Source: Candidatus Micrarchaeia archaeon (GTDB lineage Archaea > Micrarchaeota > Micrarchaeia > Micrarchaeales > CABMGC01). Taken from it: a DNA stretch of 29,365 nt. The stretch covers positions 1 to 29,365 of the forward strand of contig JBMFIM010000011.1 in NCBI GenBank assembly GCA_049976305.1. Reading direction: 5' to 3'. The notes under the pieces were generated by a model. It saw only the letters and a list, made by a program, of their open reading frames with translations. It was not told where the DNA came from and did not search any database. Made by a program: the position numbers and the translations under genes. Of this stretch, positions 1 to 8,185 are shown in pieces (the stretch's first letter is position 1; the number at the start of each line of letters is the position of its first letter).

Positions 1-11
1 CACCGTATGGA

Positions 12-224
12 ATGGTTATGTTGCTGCCTATCTACATAGATGGCGATTTGGAAAAGGCAAAAGAAGAACTGCTGCAGAAGGTAAAAGGAATAAAAATAAG
101 AGCATCTATAGTTACCCACATACTTATAGGAGACTTAGGAACAAGGAAATTTGATATGCAAAAATCTAAACCATATGAAATTTTACAAGAACTAACCAAA
201 CAAGATGATAAACTAGAGAGATAA
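12..224 (+). CDS. Hypothetical protein, probably the 3' end of a gene starting before the window
   Basis: The frame is open from position 3 at the window edge. AT-rich, with Lys/Glu-rich coding-like composition and no recognisable motif. Confidence 0.5.
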   Translation: MVMLLPIYIDGDLEKAKEELLQKVKGIKIRASIVTHILIGDLGTRKFDMQKSKPYEILQELTKQDDKLER

Positions 225-558
225 AATTTATTTTAACTCAAGGTTCAGCTTCCCCCTCCTGTTCCGCCTTCCATCCTAAGCACCTGTATACCCCTAAAAC
301 GTTTGTATTTATAAGGCTTTCGTGCAGGTACGGGAAATACTGGAAATACAGTCTAGACAGACGCAACTCTGAAGTATTCCTGTTACAGAACCAAGAAAAG
401 CAGTAGCAGCACCTGAGAGAACAGGCAGCGAAAAACATCTATTTTTATTTGGCGTCGTTGATCGATCGAATATTACAGCAGGCCCTATGTCAAGGGCTCA
501 GAAAAGTTAAAATAAGTTCTTTGAGCAATAAAGGCTAGGAGCAGATCAAGGGGAGTTT

Positions 559-1527
559 TTGGAGGTTTCTAATGTTCCTTGGGTTGAAAAGTACAGGCCA
601 AAGAAGCTTAGCGAGATTATTGGACAAGACGCAATAGTAGAAAGGCTTCAGGCGTTCGTAAAGACTAAGAACTTTCCCAACATGATATTCGCTGGCCCAG
701 CTGGCGTCGGCAAAACAACAGCGGCAATAGCCTTTGCAAATGAGCTATATGGCGAAGACATGCCAGCGTATTTCCTAGAAACCAATGCCAGCGATGCTAG
801 GGGAATTGATGTAATAAGGGGCAGGATAAAGGATTTTGCGAAGACAATGCCATTAGTTGGAGGGCTTGTAAAGATTGCTTTCCTTGACGAGGCCGATGCC
901 CTCACTCCAGAAGCCCAGCACGCGCTGAGGCGAACAATGGAGAAATACTCAGAGACAACGCGCTTCATATTCAGCGCCAACTATGCAAGCAAGATCATAG
1001 AGCCTATACAAAGCAGATGCGTAGTGCTGAGGTTCAAAGCCCTTAACGAAGAGCAAATGAGGGAGTACATAAGGAGGATCGAGAAAGGAGAAGGCCTGGA
1101 AATAGACGACAAGGCGATAGAAGCCCTTATCTATGTGGGCGAAGGGGACTTGAGAAAGCTTACGAACATACTCCAGAGCGCGGCTGTGATAAGCAAGCGG
1201 ATAACTGAGAAGGAAATATATGACATAGCCTCTCGTGCGCGGCCCAAGGAAATAGAGAGCATGCTGCATTACGCCCTTACTGGCGATTTCTTAAAGGCGA
1301 GAAACGAGCTTGACACCTTGATGCTCGTCCACGGAATGAGCGGCGAAGATATTCTTCTTCAAGCCTATAGGGAAGCCCTCAACATGCAAGTGAGCGAAGA
1401 GGAGAAGATAAGGCTGATAAAGGAAATTGGCGATTGCAACTACAGGATTGTAGAGGGTGCAAACGAGAGAATACAGCTAGAAGCCATGCTGGCAAGCATA
1501 GCAATGCCAAGAAGGTTCAAAGCCTAG
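559..1527 (+). CDS. rfcS: Replication factor C small subunit
   Basis: PWVEKYRP, Walker A GPAGVGKT, NASDARGID, Walker B LDEAD, AQHALRRTME, IQSRC. TTG start preceded by GGGGAG. Confidence 0.97.
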   Translation: MEVSNVPWVEKYRPKKLSEIIGQDAIVERLQAFVKTKNFPNMIFAGPAGVGKTTAAIAFANELYGEDMPAYFLETNASDARGIDVIRGRIKDFAKTMPLVGGLVKIAFLDEADALTPEAQHALRRTMEKYSETTRFIFSANYASKIIEPIQSRCVVLRFKALNEEQMREYIRRIEKGEGLEIDDKAIEALIYVGEGDLRKLTNILQSAAVISKRITEKEIYDIASRARPKEIESMLHYALTGDFLKARNELDTLMLVHGMSGEDILLQAYREALNMQVSEEEKIRLIKEIGDCNYRIVEGANERIQLEAMLASIAMPRRFKA

Positions 1528-2080
1528 CAAAGGTAATGTAGCCAGTATGCCATAGCCCTTTGTTTGTTGGCCTTGTGCCTTCCTTCCTTACAAGCATGTC
1601 TCTTACTATCACCTCAACGGTGTAGATGTCGGTGAAGCCAAGCTTCTGCAGCTTCTCTACATACTTCTTTACCTGCTCCACGTTTGGCAAATAGCTTACC
1701 ACTGTGCCGCCTTTCTTGAGCGCTTTCTTCACATTCTTTAGCGCCTTCTCTGGGTTTGGCATGTCGAGCGTAACCAAATCAACTTCTTTCTCTTCTATTT
1801 TCTTGAACACATCCCCTTTCTTAAGCACAAGGTTGTCAAGCCCAAGCATCTCTTTGTTCTTTTTTGCTATTTCCAAGAAGTCGTCCCTTACATCGTAGCT
1901 CGTTACCTGCTTGCAGATTCTTGCCAAAGCAACCGCAAGCCAGCCGCTGCCGGTGCCTGCATCAACGCACGCGCTGTTCTTGTCTATGTCTGAATAAGCA
2001 ATTATAATGCCGATGTCCTTTGGCAAGATAACCTGCGGGCCCCTCCTCAACTTTCTGAAAACCTTTGGATAGATGAACAC
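1517..2080 (-). CDS. trmI: tRNA (adenine-N1)-methyltransferase (TrmI/GCD14 family), catalytic domain only
   Basis: RGPQVILPKD, DAGTGSG, LDMPNP, YLPNVEQV, TRP...HTGY. GTG start with GGGTGA upstream. Confidence 0.88.
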   Translation of the reverse strand: MFIYPKVFRKLRRGPQVILPKDIGIIIAYSDIDKNSACVDAGTGSGWLAVALARICKQVTSYDVRDDFLEIAKKNKEMLGLDNLVLKKGDVFKKIEEKEVDLVTLDMPNPEKALKNVKKALKKGGTVVSYLPNVEQVKKYVEKLQKLGFTDIYTVEVIVRDMLVRKEGTRPTNKGLWHTGYITFARL

Positions 2081-2096
2081 TTCTTCACCCTAAGCA

Positions 2097-2798
2097 TCAT
2101 ATTCCTAGCATCTTTTTGAAGCGCAAAGCGTCTTCAAACATGTATGTGTTGTTGAACATTACATACACATCTCCCTTCTTGCTTATATCGATTGCTGTCT
2201 TCTTTACCTTCTCCAGCTCCTCGTCTGAAAAGCGGTATGAGTACATCATTCCTTTCCCGAAGCCGTGAAGCCTGAAGTAATATGTCTTTTGCTCAAATGG
2301 AACAACCAGCCTTAGAGGGTCTGTGACTATGCCTGCTCCAATTCCTTTCAGCTTCTGCACATTTGCCTCTTCGAGCCACGTGCCGCGCGGCTCCCAGAAA
2401 ACAGAAAAGCCCTCTATTTTTGCAAAGAAATCCTTTACAAGCTTGTAATTTGATTGGGAATAGCCGAAGCTTGGCGGGGTTTGAAATAGAAGCTTGCTTG
2501 CTTTCATCGCTTTTGCAACTTGTATGAATTTTTCAAGGTCTGCAGTGTCAAAGTTGTTGTGCGTTATGCTCTTCGGTGCCTTCGGAATAAACTCGAAGCC
2601 CTTGCTTACTGCCTTTGCCTCCTCGTGCCACTTTATCGCAGTCTCGACCTTTGGCAGCTTGTAGAATGTAGAGTCTACCTCAAGAGTGTCGAAAATCGAC
2701 GCATAGGCCTGAAGCCTTGATGCATACTTCTCCTTCCATTCTCTTATGAAGTTCGAGGGCGAGAAGTAAGACCAGCCGCATGTGCCTACTCTTATCAT
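2097..2798 (-). CDS. DUF72 family (TIM-barrel) protein
   Basis: VGTCGWSY, EVDSTFY, KAPKSITH, LFQTPPSF, WEPRG, YFRLHG, VMFNN. The ATG at 2798 forms an ATGA overlap with the topA stop. Confidence 0.92.
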   Translation of the reverse strand: MIRVGTCGWSYFSPSNFIREWKEKYASRLQAYASIFDTLEVDSTFYKLPKVETAIKWHEEAKAVSKGFEFIPKAPKSITHNNFDTADLEKFIQVAKAMKASKLLFQTPPSFGYSQSNYKLVKDFFAKIEGFSVFWEPRGTWLEEANVQKLKGIGAGIVTDPLRLVVPFEQKTYYFRLHGFGKGMMYSYRFSDEELEKVKKTAIDISKKGDVYVMFNNTYMFEDALRFKKMLGI

Positions 2799-4882
2799 GC
2801 TTGACCCTTTGCCTTTTCCTTCTTTTTCTTCTTCCAACCTGCCTTGCTAGGGCAATTTGGATCAAGGTCCATAGTAAACACCTTGCCTCTCATGAACACC
2901 TTCACTATTGGCGTGTGGCAGATCTCGCACACTTTGCCTGTTGGCACTATCGTTGCGTTTGCAGGCAGGGGATAGCTTGTCTTGCAATTGGGCCAGTTGC
3001 TGCAAATTGCATAGTTCTTTCCGCTTTTTGAATGCCTCAGCAGCAAATCCCCGCCACAGTGGGGGCACTTTCCAAGCACCACCGGCTTTTCGCTTTCGGT
3101 AACGCCACCCAGCAAAGCTGTGCCTATTTCCTTCTCGTGGATGCTGAACTTGCTCAGCGCTCTTGTTATTATCTCTTTTCCCTCTTCTATTACCTGCTCC
3201 CTCGTAGTTCTGCCGTGTACGAGGCCGTCCATATCCTCTTCCAATTTTCTTGTAAGGTTCTCGTCCACGATCTCAGGGGCGTACATGCTTAGAGCTTTGT
3301 ACACAGTTCTTCCTAGCGGAGTTACTTGCATGCGCGAGCCTTTTACATAGCCCCTTCTGAACAATGTGTCAACAATCTCAGCCCTTGTCGCTTTTGTGCC
3401 AAGGTTTTTGCTTTCGAGCACCTGTATAAGCATGGCCTTTGTGTAGCGTTCAGGCGGCTTTGTGGTGTCTTTCTTTTCGAACACCTTGTCTATCTTTACA
3501 GCCTCGCCCTGTTTGAAATCAGGCATTGTTGACTCTTTTACGCTATAGAAGCGATAGTAAGAAAGCCAGCCTGGGTCGACAACCCTATTGCCCTCAGCGA
3601 CGTATGCCTCATCTTCTATCTTCAGCATTACAGTCTTCTTTTCAACCGTCGCTGGCTCTGCAAATACGGAAAGAAATCTTCTTACTATCAAGTCGTATAG
3701 CTTCTCTTCTTCTTTGCTCAGCTTGCTCGGCATTTCTCCTGTAGGAAAGATTGCCGGGTGCGCCTCATCTTCTTTTTTGCCCTCTACAGGCACAAATCTG
3801 TGCTTGCTTATCAACTCGTTTGCAAGCTCTTTGTATGCTTCCTGCTTGCCAAGTTCGCTTATTATTCTCGGCAAGTTGAGTGTAAAAGGAAGCTTTTGTG
3901 ACGAAGTTCTAGGATATGAAATATAAGAGCGCTCATAAAGGCTTTGTGCAATTTCAAGTGTTCTTGAAGGGTCAAGGCCCAATACTGCGCTTGCTGTTAC
4001 TTGCAAGTCCGTAAGGTCGAAAGGAGGGAAAGGAAACACCTTTTTCTTTTCAGACTCAACACTGTAAACAACCGCCTTGCCAGCAGCTTTTGCTTTTTCT
4101 GCAATGCCTTCAGCAAGCTGTCTGTCGAATATCCTTCCTTTTACATTCAAGAACTCCTTTCCTTTTGCTACTATGCCTACGCTCCAGAAGTCCTTTGGAA
4201 CAAAGCCTTCTATTTCCTCTTCTCTCCTTACCAGGATTGCCAGTGCAGGCCCCTGCACTCTGCCAATGCTTAAGGTTCTGTACTTTCCTGCCTTAGATAG
4301 CGCGCGCATTAGTGCCCTGCTCAGGTTTATGCCCCACAGCCAATCCAGTATGTGCCTTGTTGCTCCTGCCTCGAAATTTCCAAAGTCAAAGGGCTCAAGA
4401 TTCTCATATGCCTTAAGCAAGTCTTGCTTTGTGGTGGTGGAGAAGTGCATCCTTCTTATTCTCTCCAAGCTTTCTTTTTTGCCTACGCCCTTGTTTGGAT
4501 CGCCGTAGAGCAGATAGCTTATGATGTTTGTTCCTATGACGCTGCCTTCTATGTCGTAGTCGCATGCGTTGATGAGTACATCACAGCCTTTGCCTACAGC
4601 TGAAATGACGTCTAAATATTTCTTGGTGAAATATGCCTTCTTTTCCACTTTGTAAAGAGGCTGCCACTCTATTGAAAATACAGGCAAGCTCTGCCCTTTT
4701 TCCGCTTGCGTTATTGTGAACAAATGGCCTACTGCAGCAACAACAAAAAGCTTGTCTTGTTTGTTGCTAAGCTCGAAATAGCTTACTCCATTGTCGAAAT
4801 GCCTTTTCGGCTTGTCCTCAGCCAGAGAAAGAGCTAGCCTTAAGGCTACACTCGGCTTTTCTGCAATTACAAGCTTGTTCAT
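2795..4882 (-). CDS. topA: DNA topoisomerase I (type IA) with C-terminal Zn ribbon
   Basis: IAEKPS, AVGHL, DYDIEG, SIGRVQ, catalytic ISYPRT, EAHPAI, LGTKATR and C-terminal CPHC..C..C motifs. Start reassigned to MNKLVIAEK at 4882. Confidence 0.97.
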   Translation of the reverse strand: MNKLVIAEKPSVALRLALSLAEDKPKRHFDNGVSYFELSNKQDKLFVVAAVGHLFTITQAEKGQSLPVFSIEWQPLYKVEKKAYFTKKYLDVISAVGKGCDVLINACDYDIEGSVIGTNIISYLLYGDPNKGVGKKESLERIRRMHFSTTTKQDLLKAYENLEPFDFGNFEAGATRHILDWLWGINLSRALMRALSKAGKYRTLSIGRVQGPALAILVRREEEIEGFVPKDFWSVGIVAKGKEFLNVKGRIFDRQLAEGIAEKAKAAGKAVVYSVESEKKKVFPFPPFDLTDLQVTASAVLGLDPSRTLEIAQSLYERSYISYPRTSSQKLPFTLNLPRIISELGKQEAYKELANELISKHRFVPVEGKKEDEAHPAIFPTGEMPSKLSKEEEKLYDLIVRRFLSVFAEPATVEKKTVMLKIEDEAYVAEGNRVVDPGWLSYYRFYSVKESTMPDFKQGEAVKIDKVFEKKDTTKPPERYTKAMLIQVLESKNLGTKATRAEIVDTLFRRGYVKGSRMQVTPLGRTVYKALSMYAPEIVDENLTRKLEEDMDGLVHGRTTREQVIEEGKEIITRALSKFSIHEKEIGTALLGGVTESEKPVVLGKCPHCGGDLLLRHSKSGKNYAICSNWPNCKTSYPLPANATIVPTGKVCEICHTPIVKVFMRGKVFTMDLDPNCPSKAGWKKKKKEKAKGQA

Positions 4883-4883
4883 T

Positions 4884-5096
4884 TCACTCCTGCCTTCTCC
4901 TTTTTGCCCTTTGTGCAGGCTGCGTAGCTGACTGCGCCTGGCTGCTTTCTTTGGATAAAGCGTATGCCATATAAAAGCCAAGCGCCACTGCCACTACTGC
5001 GAGCACATAGAAAAGTACTATCGCAGAATATGCAAATGCAGTTATCGCCAACGCGCTTGCAATTAGCACGCTTAATGAAAGACCTATGTTCTTCAT
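4884..5096 (-). CDS. Small membrane protein (two hydrophobic helices, basic tail)
   Basis: MKNIGLSLSVLIA... hydrophobic stretch. The stop lies 1 nt before the topA start, so it is likely the first gene of the topA-DUF72-trmI operon. Confidence 0.65.
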   Translation of the reverse strand: MKNIGLSLSVLIASALAITAFAYSAIVLFYVLAVVAVALGFYMAYALSKESSQAQSATQPAQRAKRRRQE

Positions 5097-5228
5097 CTCT
5101 GTAGGCGTATACGCCACATTATCACAACTACACATTTTATGAAAAGTTTAATAATTCTCACTTCTCCTTTCTAAGCCACATGCCTTTTGTGAAGCAAGAA
5201 ATTTAAACTTCGGCACCTTATTTCTTTC

Positions 5229-5591
5229 ATGGTATCTGAGTTAAGCGTCATCGCGCTTACCCTTGTAGCTGCTTTTGTCGCGTCTGTTGCCCAGTTTGTA
5301 TTCAAGAGGCAGCTAAAGGCATTTCCATTCAACCTTAAAGGCATACTTGCTACTTTCACCAACAAGGCAATTTTGCTCGGGCTTTTCCTCTATTTTATTA
5401 GCTTCCTGCTTTATCTTTTTGCGCTGCATGAAGCTCCTATAATCTCCTTTGTCTACCCTATATTTGCAAGCACTTTCATCTTTGTGCTCCTCCTTTCCAA
5501 ATACTATCTTCACGAGCCTATTGACTGGTACAGGCTTGCCGGCATGTTGCTGATCTTTGTAGGCATTGTCGTGGTTTCTTTGACATTCTAG
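5229..5591 (+). CDS. EamA/SMR (DMT superfamily) 4-TM transporter subunit
   Basis: Four hydrophobic segments, AQFVFK, ISFVYPI, LHEPI...G motif. TTTAAA box near 5202. Confidence 0.85.
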   Translation: MVSELSVIALTLVAAFVASVAQFVFKRQLKAFPFNLKGILATFTNKAILLGLFLYFISFLLYLFALHEAPIISFVYPIFASTFIFVLLLSKYYLHEPIDWYRLAGMLLIFVGIVVVSLTF

Positions 5592-5598
5592 TGAGTAT

Positions 5599-5931
5599 AT
5601 GCAACAGAAGCTTTATCTTTCCCTTGTCCTGCTTGTGAGCACTTTTCTCGGCGCGCTCGGGCAGATATTTTTCAAAATAGGAGTTGAGGAAACAGGCATT
5701 GGGCTAGCGCTGTATGTGATTATAGGGCTTGTCTTCTACCTTGCCTCAACAGTGATCTACTTCTATGTATTGAGCAGGACGCACCTCAGCTGGGCATACG
5801 GCTTTACAGGACTAAGCTACATCTTCGCCAGCATAATGGCCTTTTATCTTCTGGCAGAGTCTATTCCTCTGCTTAGATGGATAGGCATAGCAGTCATAGC
5901 AGTAGGAACTTTCCTTGTAGGAATGAGCTAG
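5599..5931 (+). CDS. EamA/SMR (DMT superfamily) 4-TM transporter subunit, partner of the upstream gene
   Basis: GQIFFK, LSWAY, LAESI...WIG. 7-nt gap from its paralog. Confidence 0.85.
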   Translation: MQQKLYLSLVLLVSTFLGALGQIFFKIGVEETGIGLALYVIIGLVFYLASTVIYFYVLSRTHLSWAYGFTGLSYIFASIMAFYLLAESIPLLRWIGIAVIAVGTFLVGMS

Positions 5932-5932
5932 C

Positions 5933-6277
5933 TCAGTACTTGTTCATTCCTTCCTTGCCTGTTTGCTTTTGGTTTTGTGCAGCTGCAACTGCTTTGTTCA
6001 TGTTTATTCCCAACGCCACGAACTTGTAGCCGATGTTGGCAAAAAGGAAGAGAAGCACTATCTTGAGAAGAAGCATCATGAATGAGTTGGAGCTGGAAAG
6101 CAGCCCGCTCACCAAGCCGCTTACGCTTTTGCTTATGCTTGCATTTGCTGGTAGCAAAGGAAGAGAAGAAAGCACGCTTAGCCCGCCTATGCTCGTATAC
6201 AGCTCATATGCAAAATACAGCGTTATTGCCAATATTGCTATTCCCACGCCCTCCATTACGCTTCCCAAAATCGCCAT
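5933..6277 (-). CDS. Hypothetical membrane protein
   Basis: MAILGSVMEGVG... has two hydrophobic segments. The longer ORF-track start overlaps arcC on the opposite strand, so the ATG at 6277 was chosen. Confidence 0.65.
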   Translation of the reverse strand: MAILGSVMEGVGIAILAITLYFAYELYTSIGGLSVLSSLPLLPANASISKSVSGLVSGLLSSSNSFMMLLLKIVLLFLFANIGYKFVALGINMNKAVAAAQNQKQTGKEGMNKY

Positions 6278-6323
6278 GACTATATTTTTGCATCTTAATT
6301 TATAAGGATTATTATAGAAGAAA

Positions 6324-7253
6324 ATGAAAAAGAAAGATGGTTTGAAAATGAGGCAAAAGAGGCTCGTAATAGGTCTTGGCGGCAACGCGATAATGAATCC
6401 ATCAAAAGGCCAGGAGCTTAGCAAAGAGCTGAATGCACTAAGCGGCGTAGCGGCCTCAATCGCCAACGCTTCAAAAAAATTTGACATAGTGCTTACCCAT
6501 GGCAATGGCCCTCAAGTAGGCGATGAACTGCTAAAGAACTTGAACACGCGCCTTGAGCCTCTCCCGCTTTATCTTCTTACTGCCGAGACACAGGCAAGCA
6601 TAGGTTCCATGCTTGAAGCGAATATAAACAGGTTTGCAAAGAAGAAGTTTGTTTCATTAATAACTCACGCAATAGTTGCTCCTAATGACAAAGCTTTTGA
6701 AGAGCCTTCTAAGCCTATCGGCCCGTTCTACACCAAATCTCAGATTTCAAAGCTATCAAGCCGCACCGGGCTGAGCTATGCCAGGTTCAAAGAAGGATAT
6801 AGGCTTGTAGTGCCTTCCCCTGAGCCGAAGGAAATTGTTGAGGCAAATGCGGTTAAGGCCTTGCTTGGTAAATTCAACGTAATTTGCTGTGGTGGCGGTG
6901 GCATACCTGTTGTGAAGGAAGGCAGCAGGCTAAAGGGCGTTAATGCAGTGATAGACAAAGACTTCGCAACACAGCTTATCGCGACTATAATAAACGCTGA
7001 CATGATGGTGCTGCTTACGAATGTTGAGTTTGTTTATGCAGATTTTTCTGACAAAAACAGTGAAATAAGGAAGATAAAAGCTAGCGAGCTAAAATCAATG
7101 GTTAAAAATTTCGAAGAAGGATCGATAAGACCCAAGGTGCTGGCAGCGATAAGATTTGTTGAGCAGACAAAGAAAAAGGCGTACATCGGCCACTATAGAA
7201 GGCTAGACGATATAATGGCTGGCAGGTCTGGCACTGTTGTGCTGCCTGATTAG
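6324..7253 (+). CDS. arcC: Carbamate kinase
   Basis: GLGGNA, THGNGPQVG, KPIGPFY, VVPSPEP, GGGGIPV, AVIDKD, GSIRPKV. The start may instead be 6348. Confidence 0.95.
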   Translation: MKKKDGLKMRQKRLVIGLGGNAIMNPSKGQELSKELNALSGVAASIANASKKFDIVLTHGNGPQVGDELLKNLNTRLEPLPLYLLTAETQASIGSMLEANINRFAKKKFVSLITHAIVAPNDKAFEEPSKPIGPFYTKSQISKLSSRTGLSYARFKEGYRLVVPSPEPKEIVEANAVKALLGKFNVICCGGGGIPVVKEGSRLKGVNAVIDKDFATQLIATIINADMMVLLTNVEFVYADFSDKNSEIRKIKASELKSMVKNFEEGSIRPKVLAAIRFVEQTKKKAYIGHYRRLDDIMAGRSGTVVLPD

Positions 7254-7314
7254 TTGAGAAATTAATGAAATGTATTTATACTCGTTCCTGTTTAATATTG
7301 TTTATTGTGGTCAA

Positions 7315-7989
7315 ATGGAGCTGATGATGCTTTCAGGAGACTCAGTCTCTGGTTCTTTCCACAGGCAGCTTTCAATAGTCAACAGCAAGCCTTTGCTTGA
7401 ATGGCAATTTGACTGGCTCCATGCAAACAAGGTTGACCATCTCGTGCTCCTTACAAGCAAAGCGGCTAAGGAGGTTGTGAGTCTAGCTTCTAAGCTGGGA
7501 AAGGAAAGAGGCATACGCGTGGATTTCTCCTTAGAGGACAAGCCAAGAGGCACAGCAGGCGCAATACTGCTGGCAGAGCGCTATATATCTGATAAGGCGT
7601 TCGCTGCGATGAACGGGGACATAGTGACAAACCTTATGCTTAGCAAGATGTCTTTAGGCAATAGTGTGGCAGCAATCGCGCTCGTGCCCCTCCGTGCTAC
7701 TTACGGAGTGGTAAAGCTGAGAGGAAACCAGGTAATCGGATTCCAGGAAAAACCTATGCTGAAGGAATACTGGATCAACGGCGGTGTTTATCTTTTCAGC
7801 AACGAGATTTTCGACATGCTGCCTAAAAGAGGCGATTTAGAGAGCACGACGTTTGTCGAGCTTAGTTGGAAAGGTCTTCTCAAGGGAATAAAGTTCGGCT
7901 CCGTATACTGGCGCTCAATCGAGAGCCCTAAGGACATAGAAGTGCTTTCAAGAGAGCTTAAAAGGATAAAGCTTTTGCATGCCAGATAG
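7315..7989 (+). CDS. Sugar-phosphate nucleotidyltransferase family protein (NTP_transferase fold) with a degenerate N-terminal signature
   Basis: KPLLEW, EDKPRGTAGA, MNGDIVT, YGVV, FQEKP, INGGVY, YWRSIE. The GGxGTRLxPxT motif is absent. Confidence 0.85.
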   Translation: MELMMLSGDSVSGSFHRQLSIVNSKPLLEWQFDWLHANKVDHLVLLTSKAAKEVVSLASKLGKERGIRVDFSLEDKPRGTAGAILLAERYISDKAFAAMNGDIVTNLMLSKMSLGNSVAAIALVPLRATYGVVKLRGNQVIGFQEKPMLKEYWINGGVYLFSNEIFDMLPKRGDLESTTFVELSWKGLLKGIKFGSVYWRSIESPKDIEVLSRELKRIKLLHAR

Positions 7990-8015
7990 TATCCCGATAG
8001 CAAAAAACCTATGTG

Positions 8016-8023
8016 TTTATATA
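8016..8023 (+). promoter_or_regulatory. Putative archaeal TATA box (TTTATATA)
   Basis: Consensus TATA sequence 22 nt upstream of the hairpin at 8046. Confidence 0.5.
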
Positions 8024-8045
8024 CTTTTCCTTCTAAATCTATTAC

Positions 8046-8090
8046 GCGTTTAGAGTGCGTATTTTACCCGTTATCCCCACCTCTAAACGC
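8046..8090 (+). ncRNA. Candidate small hairpin RNA (perfect 10-bp terminal stem, 20-25 nt loop)
   Basis: Perfect inverted repeat GCGTTTAGAG (8046-8055) / CTCTAAACGC (8081-8090), preceded by a TATA box and followed by a T-tract. Family not recognised. Confidence 0.4.
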
Positions 8091-8108
8091 TTTCTTTTTC
8101 CTGTTTTT
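8091..8108 (+). terminator. Pyrimidine/T-rich tract, putative archaeal terminator
   Basis: TTTCTTTTTCCTGTTTTT immediately follows the hairpin. Confidence 0.45.
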
Positions 8109-8185
8109 GGTCACTTGTATTAGCGCGAAAGAAAAGCCGGAAGAGGGGAAAGTAATAAATAAATGAAAAGCGTTAAGGAAGGTGT

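Noticed and set aside
482..497. GCCCT/AGGGC hairpin upstream of rfcS
   Set aside because: A 5-bp stem is expected by chance and has no supporting context.
4883..4981. N-terminal extension of topA given in the ORF track
   Set aside because: It overlaps the upstream membrane-protein gene, and the toprim domain begins at MNKLVIAEK (4882).
8048..8055. GTTTAGAG resembles the start of a Cas9-type repeat or tracrRNA pairing
   Set aside because: Only 8 nt, with no array and no cas gene in the window.
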